A stretch of DNA of 64,000 bases from Octopus vulgaris. Taxonomy: Eukaryota. Each line of letters starts with the position of its first letter. Position 1 is the stretch's first letter. The stretch spans positions 1,550,001-1,614,000 of the forward strand of contig OX597825.1 in the NCBI GenBank assembly GCA_951406725.2, read 5' to 3'. A program made the position numbers and the translations under genes. The notes under the pieces are model-generated. The model was not told the origin of the DNA. It made no database searches and worked only from the letters and a program-made list of their open reading frames with translations. Below are positions 12,787 through 26,240 of this stretch, one piece after another.

Positions 12787-13864
12787 ATCAGGCTCCATTA
12801 GGTCAGCTGATTTGAAAGAAAAAACATTTTGGCCTAATGTTTTAATGGTAATTTTATAAATGACAGACACACCCTCATGGTAATCATATTAAAAGGGAAC
12901 AGTTAAACAGGAAATACATGATACCGGAAATGGCTGATGTTGTCATTTAGCCACCCTTCATTCAAGCTGCACCTGACAATTGCACAACAACTCACAAATG
13001 CATTCCAGAAGCTAAACATTCTGCCTTTTCAGTGATGTTGTTGCTGCAGTTGTTGTCTAGTCTCAGGTTAACTCTGACTAGAACTATTATAACCAAAAGC
13101 ATCTCAGTCGTGACCATACTGTAGCTTTATGGCGAGATCAAGGGTGACCTTATGTAACGAATGCTTTCCTCAATTTGGTAGGGAGTGATAACAAGGCAAT
13201 GCGACTGCATTTCAATGAAGGGGTCTTTTCCTGATTGGTTGACCTGCTAGAGATAGCAGTGCGTTCTGTTTAAAATAGATGACTTATTATTCTTTTATTT
13301 GTTTCAGTCATTAGACTGCGGCCATGCTGGGGCACCACCTTGAATTTTCTTTTTAACCATTTTAAACATTTTTTTCTTTACCTTTATTTTACTTATTATT
13401 TTACTTGGTTGAGTCAATAAAGACTGCAGTCATATCGGTCCGCTGCCTTCAATAATTTATAATCTCATTGACCCCAGGACTTATGTCAGTCTGGTATTTA
13501 TCTTATTGATTTATATTTGTTAAATGGCCAGATTACCTTTTCAATACCATATTCCTTCCCAGCTAAAATTTTTGTGAAGACAATTCTTATTGTAAAAACT
13601 GAAATTACTGTTGAAAGTGAGCCCATGATACTCCAGCTCTAATGGAAACCACATTCAGACCAAAAATGAATGAAATATTCTTTCTTGAAGAATCTGAAAT
13701 ACAGGAAAAACTGATAACTGGAATAAGGGAACACGGGAAATTTGTTGTTGAAGTCGCATCTCTCCATATTGCTGCCACTTTTCTTCCTGGAGGAAGACCA
13801 GCTTAGGGTACATTTGAACAACCATTGACCCTCACTATCAGTGGAACAACAACTGGTAGGATTG

Positions 13865-14083
13865 ATTTCAAATTTTGGGACAAGGCCAGCATTTTTGGGG
13901 TGAGGGGGGGGGTGAGTCAATTACATGGACTCCAGTGTTCAACTGGTACTTATTTTATTAACCACCCCCAAAAGGATGAAAGGCAAAGTTGACCTCAGCA
14001 GAATTTGAACTCAGAATGTGAAGGCAGATGAAATGCAGCTAAGCAGTTTGCCTGGCAAACAGTCCTGCCATCTTTCTGCCTTG
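13865..14083 (-). mobile_element. SINE family B (variant tail), CpG-decayed
   Basis: tttcaaattttgggacaaggccagc...ctggtacttattttatt...aaaggatgaaaggcaaagttgacctcagcagaatttgaactcagaatgtg. Confidence 0.85.
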
Positions 14084-15379
14084 CAACAACCTGAAAGATT
14101 AGCAAAGGGGCAGGAGCAGCAACAGAATACAAAAATGGTTTGATGGAAACTTGCAATGGGGGCACTGTGGCCCATAAAGTTGCTTTTAGGCTTTAGAATA
14201 GACTCTTAAGGATATCAGGAAAACAAATTTTCCTTTAGGCAGAGTAACAGTGATTTTAGAAGGATACTTTAGACAGACACTCCAGATCATTCCAAAGAGG
14301 ACTTGAGCCAATCAAATCAGAGGTAGCTTGAGATATCACATACCAAAGCTTGAGATATCACATAGAGATATCACATACCAAAAACTAACAAACATGAGAA
14401 CTTTATTTACATTTGACAGATTTGGGCAATTATGGAGTGAATTTTAGGGCTTATAAATCTAATATTTTCCAATCCTTCCTTAATACCAGTTCCCATATGC
14501 TATTCACATCTGCACTTGGTCTATTTAGGCAGTTGTTTTGTCCTAGCACATGTGCTGCTTCTTTTAGTTTCTGTATTTTCCAGTGAGAAGAGGTTGTATC
14601 TGATCAAAAGATGGACATATCTACGGCTGAAATAAGTATATTGACATCATCAGCTAACAGGCTAAAAAAACAAAGTCTTACCCCATTATTCAACACAAGT
14701 AACTCAATCAGAAATAACTCAGTAGAAAGAAACAATTCTTGAACCAACCATAAGTGTGGCTAATATGATTAATGAACAAATTATTCAACAGTTACAGAGA
14801 GATGAATTTATGTACAAGCCTGTAGACATTGTTGTAGATCTCAATGAAACTGGGAGCCGCCCCAACCGAATTTCTCAACAGCTCTGCTTGTTGTGAAAAT
14901 TTGCACTGTTTCTCACTAAAGAATGTTAAATATTTAATCAACTTCACTATTTTGTAATGAAGTAAGAAAAGAGGTGTGAATGGCTAAATTGATAGAAATT
15001 CAGTATTTCACTGCTTAGCTGTACTTATTTCTAGTTGTTTTTTTTTTAATTAATTAATTTATTTTTGCAAAGCATTAAACTCCAATTGTCCCAGTCTACC
15101 AAGTTGTGAGTAACTCAGGCCAGGAATGATGCTCTGATACAAGAAATGGCAGAGTCACTAAAGAAGTTGTATATTGTAAAATAGATTTGTTGCCTATCAA
15201 TAAGTTTGGTTGCTAAGAGAAATGAAACAGTCAAATATTTTGAACAGGGGTTCTTCACCAATTTCCTTAGATTGTGATTTTACTATGTCATATGTATGCT
15301 GAGTTAATTCCATGAACCCCTTCGCCTTAAGACTTTGGGTCATGATAAAAGCAGAGGAACTGCGGTCCTGTTTGTAACA

Positions 15380-15417
<38 letters not shown>

Positions 15418-15469
15418 CCATTCCAGACTGAATGAAACTTTTTTATAATGTAAAGATTTATCACAACTA

Positions 15470-15494
15470 TCTCTATATATATATAAACGGCAAA

Positions 15495-15530
<36 letters not shown>

Positions 15531-15859
15531 GTGTCCTTTATACAAATCCACAATTTTTCAGTTAGAGGGCTCGCACTTTCTATGGTCATTCAAAACTGTC
15601 CTAGGGTGGTCATGCACATCTTTACATTTCCCCAGTCACCCTGCAAAGCCATTAAAAAATCAATAGAAGTGACTTTTTTGTGAATTTTATATCCAAAACC
15701 CAATCAAAATGCCCGAAACTTGATACGCCAATTGAATGCCAGCTAGCTGTATGTGATTGGTGGGAGATTTGGACAGTACTCGCGTGTATGTGTGCATGCA
15801 CGCAGCTGTATATGCATGCACTAGCACTATGACCTGGCGTTGCCGGGTCACAGTGCTAG
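15470..15859 (+). mobile_element. Non-autonomous Helitron
   Basis: Starts A|TC (tctctatatatatataaacggc). Subterminal hairpin tgacctggc-gtt-gccgggtca at 15830-15850. Ends CTAG|T, with no TSD. Confidence 0.8.
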
Positions 15860-15870
15860 TCAATGATAAA

Positions 15871-15907
<37 letters not shown>

Positions 15908-17639
15908 TATTCTGAATTTAAACAGCATTCATATATTAAATACATCTCATAGAAATTGGAGAAAAACATACATTAGCAAAAACAGCAAACTTCCAGTAGT
16001 TTCTAAAAGTTTTAACATGATAAAGCATTTTTGTAAATGAAATGAATGAAGAGTTAACAGTGATCAGTAATAAACTTTGTATTTGTGTCCTTCATAAGGA
16101 ACTAATTTTCAAGTGATTGAATAAGAAAAATAGTTACTATTCTGTTTGGAAAGTTAGATGAGATGCACCGATGACACGTCCAGGTGAAGATACGTCTGTC
16201 TGTTCAACAATAAATGTCTGACTTGTGTTATTGTAGTTCATTTCATAAGCAACTCTGGCTTAGTTATTTTGCATGATTTCAAATGCCAAGATTTGGAAGA
16301 TTTACTTTCCTATAATCATTCTTTTTGCTTTGATATTATATCCAACATCACTTAATGGAGCCAGACTTATAAACATTTCAGATCGATACTGTTCGTCACT
16401 GGACGGGTTATAATTAATTTAATGCAGTGGTTATTGATTGGTAAACTTATCGTCAAAAGATAATCAATAAATTTCAATATACTTCTGATTTACAGATTTT
16501 TAGGCTCCGAGTTGTAATCTAATTTTCGTAGCCAGAAACATCAGAAGGCATCTCGCTATCTCTTTCAATTTCAAACATTTTCTTTCACAGCGGATTGGTG
16601 GAACGGTTTGTCTGCAGTTCTATCTCACCCTCAGATATTTTCTTTGTTGCTCCGTTCAATCATCTATATCCTCTGGGTCACAATTTTTAGATCCTTCCCC
16701 TCACTCGCCATATATTTTATTTCTCTACTTTTTCTACCCCTGCTCATTTATTTATCTTAAATTAGCTTTAATTTTTTCTATATTACAGCATACTTTTTCA
16801 TTTGTTTTTATTTTCATTTAAACTCGGTAAATTAATAATTTTTATCTTCGATGGGATATCTTTACATTTGAAACAAATAAGAACAAATTATATTAGGAAG
16901 TAAAGAGGAAGAAGACAATTCATAAAAAAAATTAGGAAAAAGGAACATAAATAATTGTCAATAAACTGAGAGTGAAGAGAAGTTTAATGTCTACAAGCAT
17001 GAAGCAGATTTGGCGTCAGAGGGCTTCGGAAGCAGGCTTCAGCTAAAATTTCTTACTCTGGAATCATAGTCCAATCAATGAAGGAATAAGGAGACAGGAT
17101 CCTTATATTTCGTTGTCAATTTTCAAATATTCTTCATCTTAGATACACACACACACTTATATTTATTTATGCATTCTTTTATGTTTTCTCAGTATTGGTA
17201 CCAAATTCTGTTTTTTTTTTACTATTTTTTAAAATTCTGTTCTCACCCCCCCACCACCACCACCACCACACACACATACCAATATAACAACATTTTGCTT
17301 GTTTACTGAATGTTGTATCGTAAGTAATTTCATTTTCAGTAAAAGAGAAAGAGAAATAAAATGAACAGAAGCAATTCAGAATAGGAAACCCAAGTTAGAA
17401 GCTGGAAATTCAGTTATTGCTGTTGTTTAGCCCCAAGTCGGCTTGAGCAAGCAGATCAATAATTTTTTTTTTCACCAAACTTCAATGAATCTGGATCACA
17501 GGCATAGTGAACCACATTATCTTATGTGCCCTTCCCTTACTAAGATATAAGGATATGATTTGAGGAGGTTTTGGCTGTTATTTCTAATAGATCAAGCAAC
17601 CATGGACAACGTCCCTCACTGACTGTTAGTGAACGTCAA

Positions 17640-17950
17640 TAACAGCAACAATGATGAAATCTGCTGATGAATTACTAATGAGATAACGAGTAAAATCCTC
17701 CTCTCCAACCAGTTTGAACTTCTTTGATCAATAACAACCGTCTCAAAGCAATCTTCTTTGGCATCTGTAGATTTCCCAAGATCGTAAGATCTGCAACTGG
17801 AAAGATTTATTTTCTTTGTGTTGTAGGAGCCCATTGAAGGTACACTGGAGTGTCCTCTCCAGGGTACAAGCCTTCCATGAGTGGTATGGTAGACAAGCAA
17901 GTGCCCTGGCAGCAAATCTCCCATCTTTACATGACTGATGTTGTGTAAAG
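17640..17950 (-). pseudogene. Possible highly decayed RTE-type ORF2 C-terminal fragment
   Basis: Translation SHVKMGDLLPGHLLVYHTTHGR loosely resembles the RTE C-terminal GHV.RM...RLPK.LL motif. Weak. Confidence 0.3.
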
Positions 17951-18585
17951 GAAAAGGCAAAGGTCTCTATAGCTTGGTACAAATGACATTACATGAGTTG
18001 CCCGTATGGCCCTTTGGAACCCTGCTCCTTATTTGCAGCCAATTTAATCAACTGTTGCTTGGTATTAAAACTTTATTTCTATCAACCCTTGAAAGATGAA
18101 AGACAAAGTTGACCTCAGCAGGACTTGAATACAGATCATAGAGAGCCAGAAGTAATTTTGCAAGGGTTGTGTTTCACACTAATAACTCTTCAGACAATCA
18201 CGAAGCATTTAATAAACTTTGCCATCTCACAGAAATTTAAACCAAAAAAGAATATGCATAGCTTAGTGGTTTTGATTCCTGGACTAAACGTGAATTCTGT
18301 TCATTGCTCCAGTCCACTCGGCTGGCAAAAATAAATAATCTTATAATAGACCAGCATCCTGTGCAAGTAGGGAATAAATATACACCACAGAATCCAGGAA
18401 ACTAGCCTTATGAACTTGTAGCTTACAAAGGACCTTATTTTGATCGAAAAAATGTTATCTAAAAAAGCGGAAATGATGACCACCTTAATTGATATAATAT
18501 TGAATTACCTGATCAGGTGTTGTGTATTGTTCTAATTTTTCTGAAAGATTACTTTCTTCTCTATTATGGCATATTCACATTGTTT

Positions 18586-19284
18586 ATCAAAGGAAGGCTA
18601 ACTAGGAAGATAGTTTTTGTATGTGGCCAATGCTCAGGAGCAATAAACACTGAATATGGGCTGAGAACAACTTCCACCACATTCCAGGGAGAAAAACTAG
18701 AAGTAGTTGACAGCTTCCGTTACCTAGGTGACCAAGTCAGTAGCGGGGGAGGGTGCACTGAAAGTGTAGCTGCTAGAATAAGAATAGCCTGGGCAGACTT
18801 CAGAGCACTCCTACCTCTGCTGGTAACAAAGGGCCTCTCACTCAGAGTAAAAGGTAGACTGTATGATGCATGTATACAAACAGCCATGCTACATGGCAGT
18901 GAAACATGGGCCATGACTGCTGAGGACATGTGTAAGCTTGCAAGGAATGAAGCCAGTATGCTCCGACGGATGTGTAATGTCAGTGTGCAAACTTGTCAGA
19001 GTGTAAGTACCTTGAGAGAAAAGTTGGACCTAAGAAGCATCAGATGTGGTGTGCAAGAGAGACGACTGCACTGGTATGGTCATATCGCAAGAATAGATGA
19101 GGACAGCTGTGTGAAAAAGTTCTACACCCTAGTGGTTGAGGGAACCTGTGGAAGAGGTAGACTGAAGAAGACCTGAGATGAGGTGGTGAAGCATGACCTT
19201 CAAACATGCCTCACCAAGGCAATGACTAGTGACTGGGACCTTTGGAAATATGCTGTGCTTGAGAAGACCCGGCAAGCCAAGTGA
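18586..19284 (+). pseudogene. RTE ORF2 C-terminal remnant (part of track ORF 18517..19176)
   Basis: The TGA at 19174-19176 replaces the conserved Trp of RGRPKKTW and the frame continues DEVVKHDLQT. The ORF's first ~23 codons are flanking DNA. Confidence 0.85.
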
Positions 19285-19805
19285 GACCATAACTTTGTGG
19301 TCTATACCAGGGGTGTAACCAGCCAACTTATGCGTAACTTTCCTTTATTGGACACTAAACTCTGCTTGTGAAGACCTGTTGAGGTAAGTGAAATTGAAAT
19401 CGAAATCAAATTCGATGATTGGCATCCGTGCTAGTGGAGTGCTAAGAGCACCATCCCAGCGTGATTGTTACCAGCGTTGCCTTACTGGCACTTGTGCTGG
19501 TGGCATGTGAAAAAACATTTGAGCGAGGTCATTGCCAGTGCTGTTGGACTGGTTCCTGTGCAGGTGGCACATAAAAAACACCATTTGAGCGTGGCCATTG
19601 CCAGTACCGCCTGACTGGCCCTCATGCCAGTGGCATGTAAAAGCACCCACTACATTCTCGGAGTGGTTGGCATTAGGAAGGGCATCCAGCTGTAGAAACT
19701 CTGCCAGATCTGATTGGAGCCTGGTGCAGCCATCTGGTTCACCAGTCTTCAGTCAAATTGTCCAACCCATGCTAGCATGGAAAGCGGGCGTTAAACGATG
19801 ATGAT
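18586..19805 (+). mobile_element. 5'-truncated RTE-clade LINE (ORF2 C-terminus, 3' UTR and (GAT)n tail)
   Basis: ORF motifs LEVVDSFRYLGD, ARIRIAW, MLHGSETW, RRLHWYGHIAR and RGR.KKT are typical of the RTE post-RT region. The tail is gttaaacgatgatgat. Confidence 0.93.
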
Positions 19806-21009
19806 TGTCTGGAATGAATGGGAGGCCATCTCTGAGAATATTACATAGGTAAGATCAGAGTTCAATCTTAGGGCTTATTTATCTCTAGTTCATTTAAACT
19901 ATGAAATCAGAAAAAAATATTCACCTTTATAACACCCTTTGGGGTTTTAGAGGCATCTACATTTGTCATGAAGGATTACTAAATGCTTGTGTTATGGATG
20001 AGGGTAACCTACATACAAAAAAAGTATTTGAAGCTTCTGGATTGGTGATATGTGTTTTAAAGACATATTCCAACTTGCTGACAGTATTTATGCACAATAG
20101 CTTCTTAAACATGTTCCACGTATATAATCAAACAATATAAATAGCAATAACAATGATTTACTATTGATCAGTTTTCCTTCAGATATATTATTCTAAAGTG
20201 TTTCCAATGACATGAAATCCACGTTTCATATTCCTCATTGTTTTCTCTCACCTTCAGGAATCACGCTTGATAATCAAATAGATTCACAGATGACACAATC
20301 ACAAAGAGAACTTCAATCATGTTTCACCAAAAGCAAAAATGTTATTATTCAACTACGCTTCAATACTAAATAATTTCTGGTTTATTTAATGATTATAAAA
20401 ATGTTCATATCAAGACACAACTTGTTCATTATGCAGGTGGAAAACCGTTACTATGCCTCCAAATCTAACTAAAATGACATTTGAACCATTGCATCGTCTC
20501 TTCTCTTGAGTAAAAGGAAACAGTAGAACATGTGATGTGTCTCTGAGTCTGATCCCTACTTCACTCAGAGTCAATTTTAAAATGTTTTAGACTCCAAGAG
20601 AAGAAGTTGTGCCCATAAAATTCAAACTCCTTTGATGCCACCAGACTAATCAAGGCAATGATGTTGATATTCAATTTGAATTTCTGTATTTTGTTCCCTG
20701 CAGGGAAAAGAGAGACAGTTCTAGTGAAAGGCCGTTTGAGAATAAAGATTAGATAGTAGTATTTTTGATGTGGGGACTTGGCAGGTGAGAAGGAGCAGGG
20801 ATGATGGAACGATGAGAAGCAGGTAAATCATGTCTAACTGGGTAAAATGGTAGAGAGTTTGAGAGTATTAAGGAACAGGAACAATTGTACTCTCAAATAC
20901 AAGTTGTTTTATTGTCTACAGTTCTCAAAAGATTTTCAGATTAAAAAAACAAAACAACGTCTAATGATCATTGATCATTGACAAATGTGTTTCAACTTGC
21001 ATTTAAATA

Positions 21010-21185
21010 TTTCTAATTAATCATGCATTATCTCATAGCTTTAAGATTTTGATGATGTGATTGTTCTGTTTTTAGAATGATATTGTAGGGTAGGTGGGAG
21101 AGGCAAGGTGGGAGAGGCTGGTTTGAACATAAAACAAGTCGAATGTTTTGGGTTGATGTAGCAGATTTAAATGTTAAAGGGTTAA
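21010..21185. mobile_element. piggyBac-like MITE, right part
   Basis: Ends aaatgttaaaGGG|TTAA, a piggyBac-type terminus and TTAA target. A second copy lies at 6480-6607. Confidence 0.55.
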
Positions 21186-22067
21186 ATGAAATAAAAATAA
21201 GGTATTGGGAATGAATTAATATGTTGGCACTCTTAATAAAAAATGTTAAAAAACACTTGTTATGGAAAGTGCAAAGTTCATCAGTGCTGACTTGTGCCTA
21301 AACAGCAGATGATTCAGGCATAAAATGAACCAAGCACTCACATAACAAGTCAGCTGGCCTACAGACGGTGGGGGGGGGGGGGATATTATATTATCAATAT
21401 TTTATTAAGAGAATGGGTAAATTGTTTTAGAACAAAACATTTTTATTCTCATATTCAGATTATAGGGTCACATTGAGCTCATAATTAATTGTGAAATTGG
21501 TTATGCTGCCAAATGTAAGATAGTACCATTGCAGAGTTGAAGTAATCTGAGAAAGATAAGAACAGGACTGTGAAGTCTGTAAAACCAATCTCAAAATTAG
21601 CACAGTAAAAATATGAAAGATATTATAAAAGTTCATATGATTATAAGCAGTCATTGGTGTCTAAGTTTCAATGATAAAGATTGATTTCTCAGTTAACTCG
21701 CTTCAAATCTTTATTGTGGAAATTTTAAGGTAAAATAAATAGAATATATGTATAATATATGCACCAATTTAATCTTGGAACACATGCACTCTCTCTCATA
21801 CACACATACATATACGCACATGCATACACCTATTCAAAACATATAGGCATATGTCAAGAAATGGTTTCACATATAAGCATAAGCATCTACAAACACATGC
21901 ACACACCCTAACACACACACACATACAGACCATCGGTACATATATGTCTCTATCAAGAAAACAGATAACAAGATATTGAAATATATATCTGAGAAATATA
22001 TTTCTGTGAAATGGATGGTATTTTCTTTTCATTACTAAAAAAGAAGTAAAAGAAAAATTTCATTTAC

Positions 22068-22114
22068 CTTATCTAATATTCTTTGTACAATAATGCCATA
22101 AGATATGGACTTAC
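22068..22114 (-). other. Candidate 47-nt exon with a recursive-splice-like 5' end
   Basis: Minus strand: tttctttcttattttcAG|GTAAGTCCATATCTTATGGCATTATTGTACAAAGAATATTAGATAAG|gtaaatg. One open frame reads xKSISYGIIVQRILDK. Confidence 0.5.
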
Positions 22115-22265
22115 CTGAAAATAAGAAAGAAATGAAATCAAACATTTATATAGTCATACGTATAAACATACACAGATATATGTACGTATACAGTAAATTG
22201 CAATTGTTATCACAAACAATATGAAATGTACTCATATTTTCATTATGTGTATGAGTGTAAATATT

Positions 22266-22305
<40 letters not shown>

Positions 22306-22358
22306 TGTGTGTTCACTATATATATATTATTTATACACTTATACACCTATATACAAAC

Positions 22359-22402
<44 letters not shown>

Positions 22403-22879
22403 TTATACACCTATATACAAACCTGTATATATATGTATATATATATATATACACACATACATATATGTGTATGTATATGTAGACATATATGTGAATGTAG
22501 ATATAAATACATAAAGTGTGTGTCATCAAAATGTTTCCGATATGAAAAAAGATAACGAACATTTCAATCAAGACTTATGGCTGAAATTGTTTTATCCTCA
22601 TTCAAAATTGATTTACTTAAATATTAAAAAGAAACAAAAGAAAAATCTAATCTAAAGAAAAAGATTGTTTTGCTAACGGTAAATTAATATTTACTTACAG
22701 CAATTAAATGATGATAAAATAAATTCAACTTTTATCGACAACACATTTCTGTGTGTTAAACTGAGAGATCAATAATTAACATGTCACATGGTGCGATTGT
22801 AAATCATAAGTTTAATACAATATTTCAATAAAAATATCAAGACAGCTACATACATACTTACACACAACCATATATAATA

Positions 22880-22967
<88 letters not shown>

Positions 22968-22971
22968 CTCA

Positions 22972-23424
22972 GTGACTGGCATCCGTTGCTAGTGGAGCGC
23001 TAAGAGTACCATATGAGTGAGATCGTTGCCAGAGCAACAAGCTGGCCTTCGTGCCAATGGCACGTTAAACACACCATTCAAGCGTGGTTGTTACCGCGTC
23101 ACCTTACAAGCACTTGTGCTGGTGGCACATGAAACATTCGAGTGAGGTCGTCGCCAGTGCCACTGGACTGGCTCCTGTGTAGGTGGCACATAAAAAGCAC
23201 CATTTGGGCTTTGCCATTGTCAGTACTGCCTGACTGGCCCTTGTGCTTGTGGCACGTAAAAGCACCCACTACACTCTCGAAGTGGTTGGCGTTAGGAAGG
23301 GCATCCAGCAGTAGAAACTCTGCCAGATCAAGATTGGAGTCTGGTTCGCCAAACCTCAGTCAAATTGTCCAACACATGCTAGCATGGAAAGCAGACATTA
23401 AAAGTTGATGATGATGATGATGAT
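22972..23424 (+). mobile_element. Solo 3' UTR of the RTE LINE with (GAT)n tail
   Basis: Colinear with 19415-19805, with four full internal tandem units. Confidence 0.9.
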
Positions 23425-23620
23425 AATATATACATACACACATACATTCAAGCTGGCAAGATGCTGTACAGTTTTTATCAATCAAACTTTAAATTTCACA
23501 CTTAAGGCACTGGTTCGCCCAAAGCTTAGAGAAGAAACTTGTGCCGGTTCCAGAGAGTGGGATGAAAGCTAAAGACCATGTAGTAGTGATGTGAATGTCT
23601 TAAGTACACAGCCAAGACTG

Positions 23621-23660
<40 letters not shown>

Positions 23661-23671
23661 ATACATACACA

Positions 23672-23878
23672 CATTATTATATCAAGGGCTATTACTATAG
23701 TAATGCCTCATGCTGTAATGGGACTCTAAAGTCAAACTACTTCAATAAATCTACACAGGCACCAAAATAAGGGGAATGAACATAGAAGTTCCTTTAAAAA
23801 AAAGGTTTAGTCATATATCATTAATGATTTCATGGTCAGCATGTGTTACTTATAGTAATAGCCCTTGATATAGTAATG
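23672..23878. mobile_element. MITE with ~40-bp TIRs (superfamily unassigned)
   Basis: cattattatatcaagggctattactatag versus the right-end reverse complement cattactatatcaagggctattactataag. Confidence 0.75.
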
Positions 23879-24368
23879 TATTTTATATTTAAGGAAAAAA
23901 TTATATACTTTGTATTAATTTTTTTCCTCAATTGGTTTTCCATGCTGGCTGCTTGATAAATCTTACATAGATTTTATCCTTATATGTTATTTATATATAT
24001 ATATTGTATATATATATATATATGATAATAGGTATTATCACCTTAAATCTATTTTTTTGGAATCTTGAGTGGTTTTCTAAGTGTCATAAAACCCATTACT
24101 GTCCTACGAGATCTAGAACATAGAGAGAAGCAGACAAAATTAAGCATCATGTTGTGTATGCAAAGTTTTCTATGAGGTTTTCTTTTCAATATGGTTGAGT
24201 GCTCCTCTTACTATCAGTATTAACTTTACAACATCAGCTATAATTTTGCTTTGCTGGAGAAACACCCACAAGCATAAAGCTTGGAACAATGAAATTCACA
24301 GTCAACTGAAAAAGAATAAATTGTATATGTATTGATTATTTTATTTTTGTTGGAACACTGGAAAATAC

Positions 24369-24406
<38 letters not shown>

Positions 24407-25071
24407 TAAAATGTGTAATCTGCATCATAAGAACTAAATACTATTACACTTCTTCTTTGTATAATATATATATATATATATATATATACGCACACCTACA
24501 TATATTATATATACACACACATATATGCAAGTGCACACATGCATACATAAATACACAGGCAGACAAGAATATGCTAATAATAGCAGCCAAATACTCTAAC
24601 TCACACCAAGTTCTTCAATTGATATGGATCTATTCAATAGTGAAGTGCATGACATGTAGGATATGTTTATGGTCTCAGTGGCAAGGCTTTGGATGAGGAG
24701 AACCAGGAGCTAAACAACAACAATTTTTTCATGTGTCTGTCCATCCGTCCATCTATCTCTCTATCTATACGTAATTAAGATAAAGTCATTATTTAATGAT
24801 TTATCAGTGGCCAGCCTACATACAAGACCATATTGGTTAATTTATATTTAAGTATAATTGTAAAATATAATCATAATAAAGGGAACTCAATTGACAATGC
24901 CTGTATGCTAGAAATAGATGCCAAATGGACTACAAACCACTTATTACAAACAGTAAAAACTTAAAGTGGTCTGAGGTCCATTTGGTGTCTATTTCTACCG
25001 TTCAGGTGTTGCCAATTCAGCACCTGTTATTATGATCATATTCTATAATTATACTTAAATATATATATATT

Positions 25072-25517
25072 TATTCTTTTATTTCCTCCAGTCATTTGAT
25101 GGCGGCCATGCTGGAGCACCACTTTTAGTCAAACAAATTGACCCCAGGACTTATTCTTTGTAAGCCCAGTACTTATTTTATCAATTTCTTTTGCTGAACC
25201 ACCAAGTTACAGGGACGTAGACACGCCACCATCGGATGTCAAGTGATGATGGGGGACAAACACAGACACACAAACGCATACATACATATATATATATACA
25301 TATATATATACATATATATATACATATATATATATACATATATATATACATACGACAGGCTTCTTTCAGCTTCCGTCTACCAAGTCCACTTACAAGGCTT
25401 TGGTCGGTCCGAGGCTATAGTAGAAGAGATACTTGCCCAAGGTGCCATGCAGTGGGACTGAAACCGGCACGATGTGGCTGGTATGCAAGCTATTTATCAC
25501 ACAGCCACTCATGTGCC
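25072..25517 (-). mobile_element. SINE family A with an expanded internal (TA/CA) microsatellite
   Basis: Colinear with 27151-27561. Confidence 0.9.
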
Positions 25518-25604
25518 TATATATATATACACACACACATATATATATATATATACACACACATATATATACACACATACATATACATACACACATATAC
25601 ATAT

Positions 25605-25635
<31 letters not shown>

Positions 25636-25864
25636 CATACATATACATGCATACATACACACACACACACACACATATATACATACATACACATATATAT
25701 ATATATACATACATATACATACATACACACACACATATATATATACATACATACACATGCATACATACACACACACACACATATATATATATACGTACAT
25801 ATACATACATACACACACACACATATATATATACATACATATACACACACACACACATATATAG

Positions 25865-25926
<62 letters not shown>
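25518..25926. repeat. Compound (CA)n/(TA)n/(CATA)n microsatellite
   Basis: Directly visible. Confidence 0.97.
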
Positions 25927-25929
<3 letters not shown>

Positions 25930-26240
25930 CATAGAAGTTCTATATTTGACATCATATAATTCTTATAAAAACTCATCAATATCATATGAATATTTTGCCC
26001 CACTATTCACACATTTCCAGAAATACAAGTGACTAAAAAGATATTGGAGTTTTGTGGACGAGGAATGGTCAGTTTAATCAAACCATTAATTCACAAGATT
26101 GACCCAGGTTGGATGATAAGGTAAAGCCGAATGGGAAAGAATTTGAACTCAGGATATAATGGCATATAACAAAATCACATTTCGAAAGTGAGCAAAATTT
26201 CACTGCAAGCGCCCCCACCCACCCATCTACACCCACCTAC

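Noticed and set aside
14326-14381. Triplicated gagatatcacata motif
   Set aside because: A simple local slippage duplication with no further structure.
14460-14660. Minus-strand LLADDVNILIS, RT-like motif
   Set aside because: The match is too short and the flanking motifs are unconvincing. It may be a CR1-type remnant but is unsupported.
18517-19176. 219-aa ORF as a host gene
   Set aside because: It has RTE ORF2 motifs, a premature stop at a conserved Trp, and an N-terminus made from flanking DNA.
19440-19650. Regularly spaced palindromic units resembling a CRISPR array
   Set aside because: The units are contiguous diverged tandem repeats in an RTE 3' UTR. There are no unique spacers and no cas genes, and the context is eukaryotic.
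25236-26003. Cluster of long YI/HT/CV ORFs (likewise at 22.2, 30.5, 42.3, 46, 50.8, 52.3 and 56.5 kb)
   Set aside because: TA/CA/TATG microsatellites lack stop codons in most frames.
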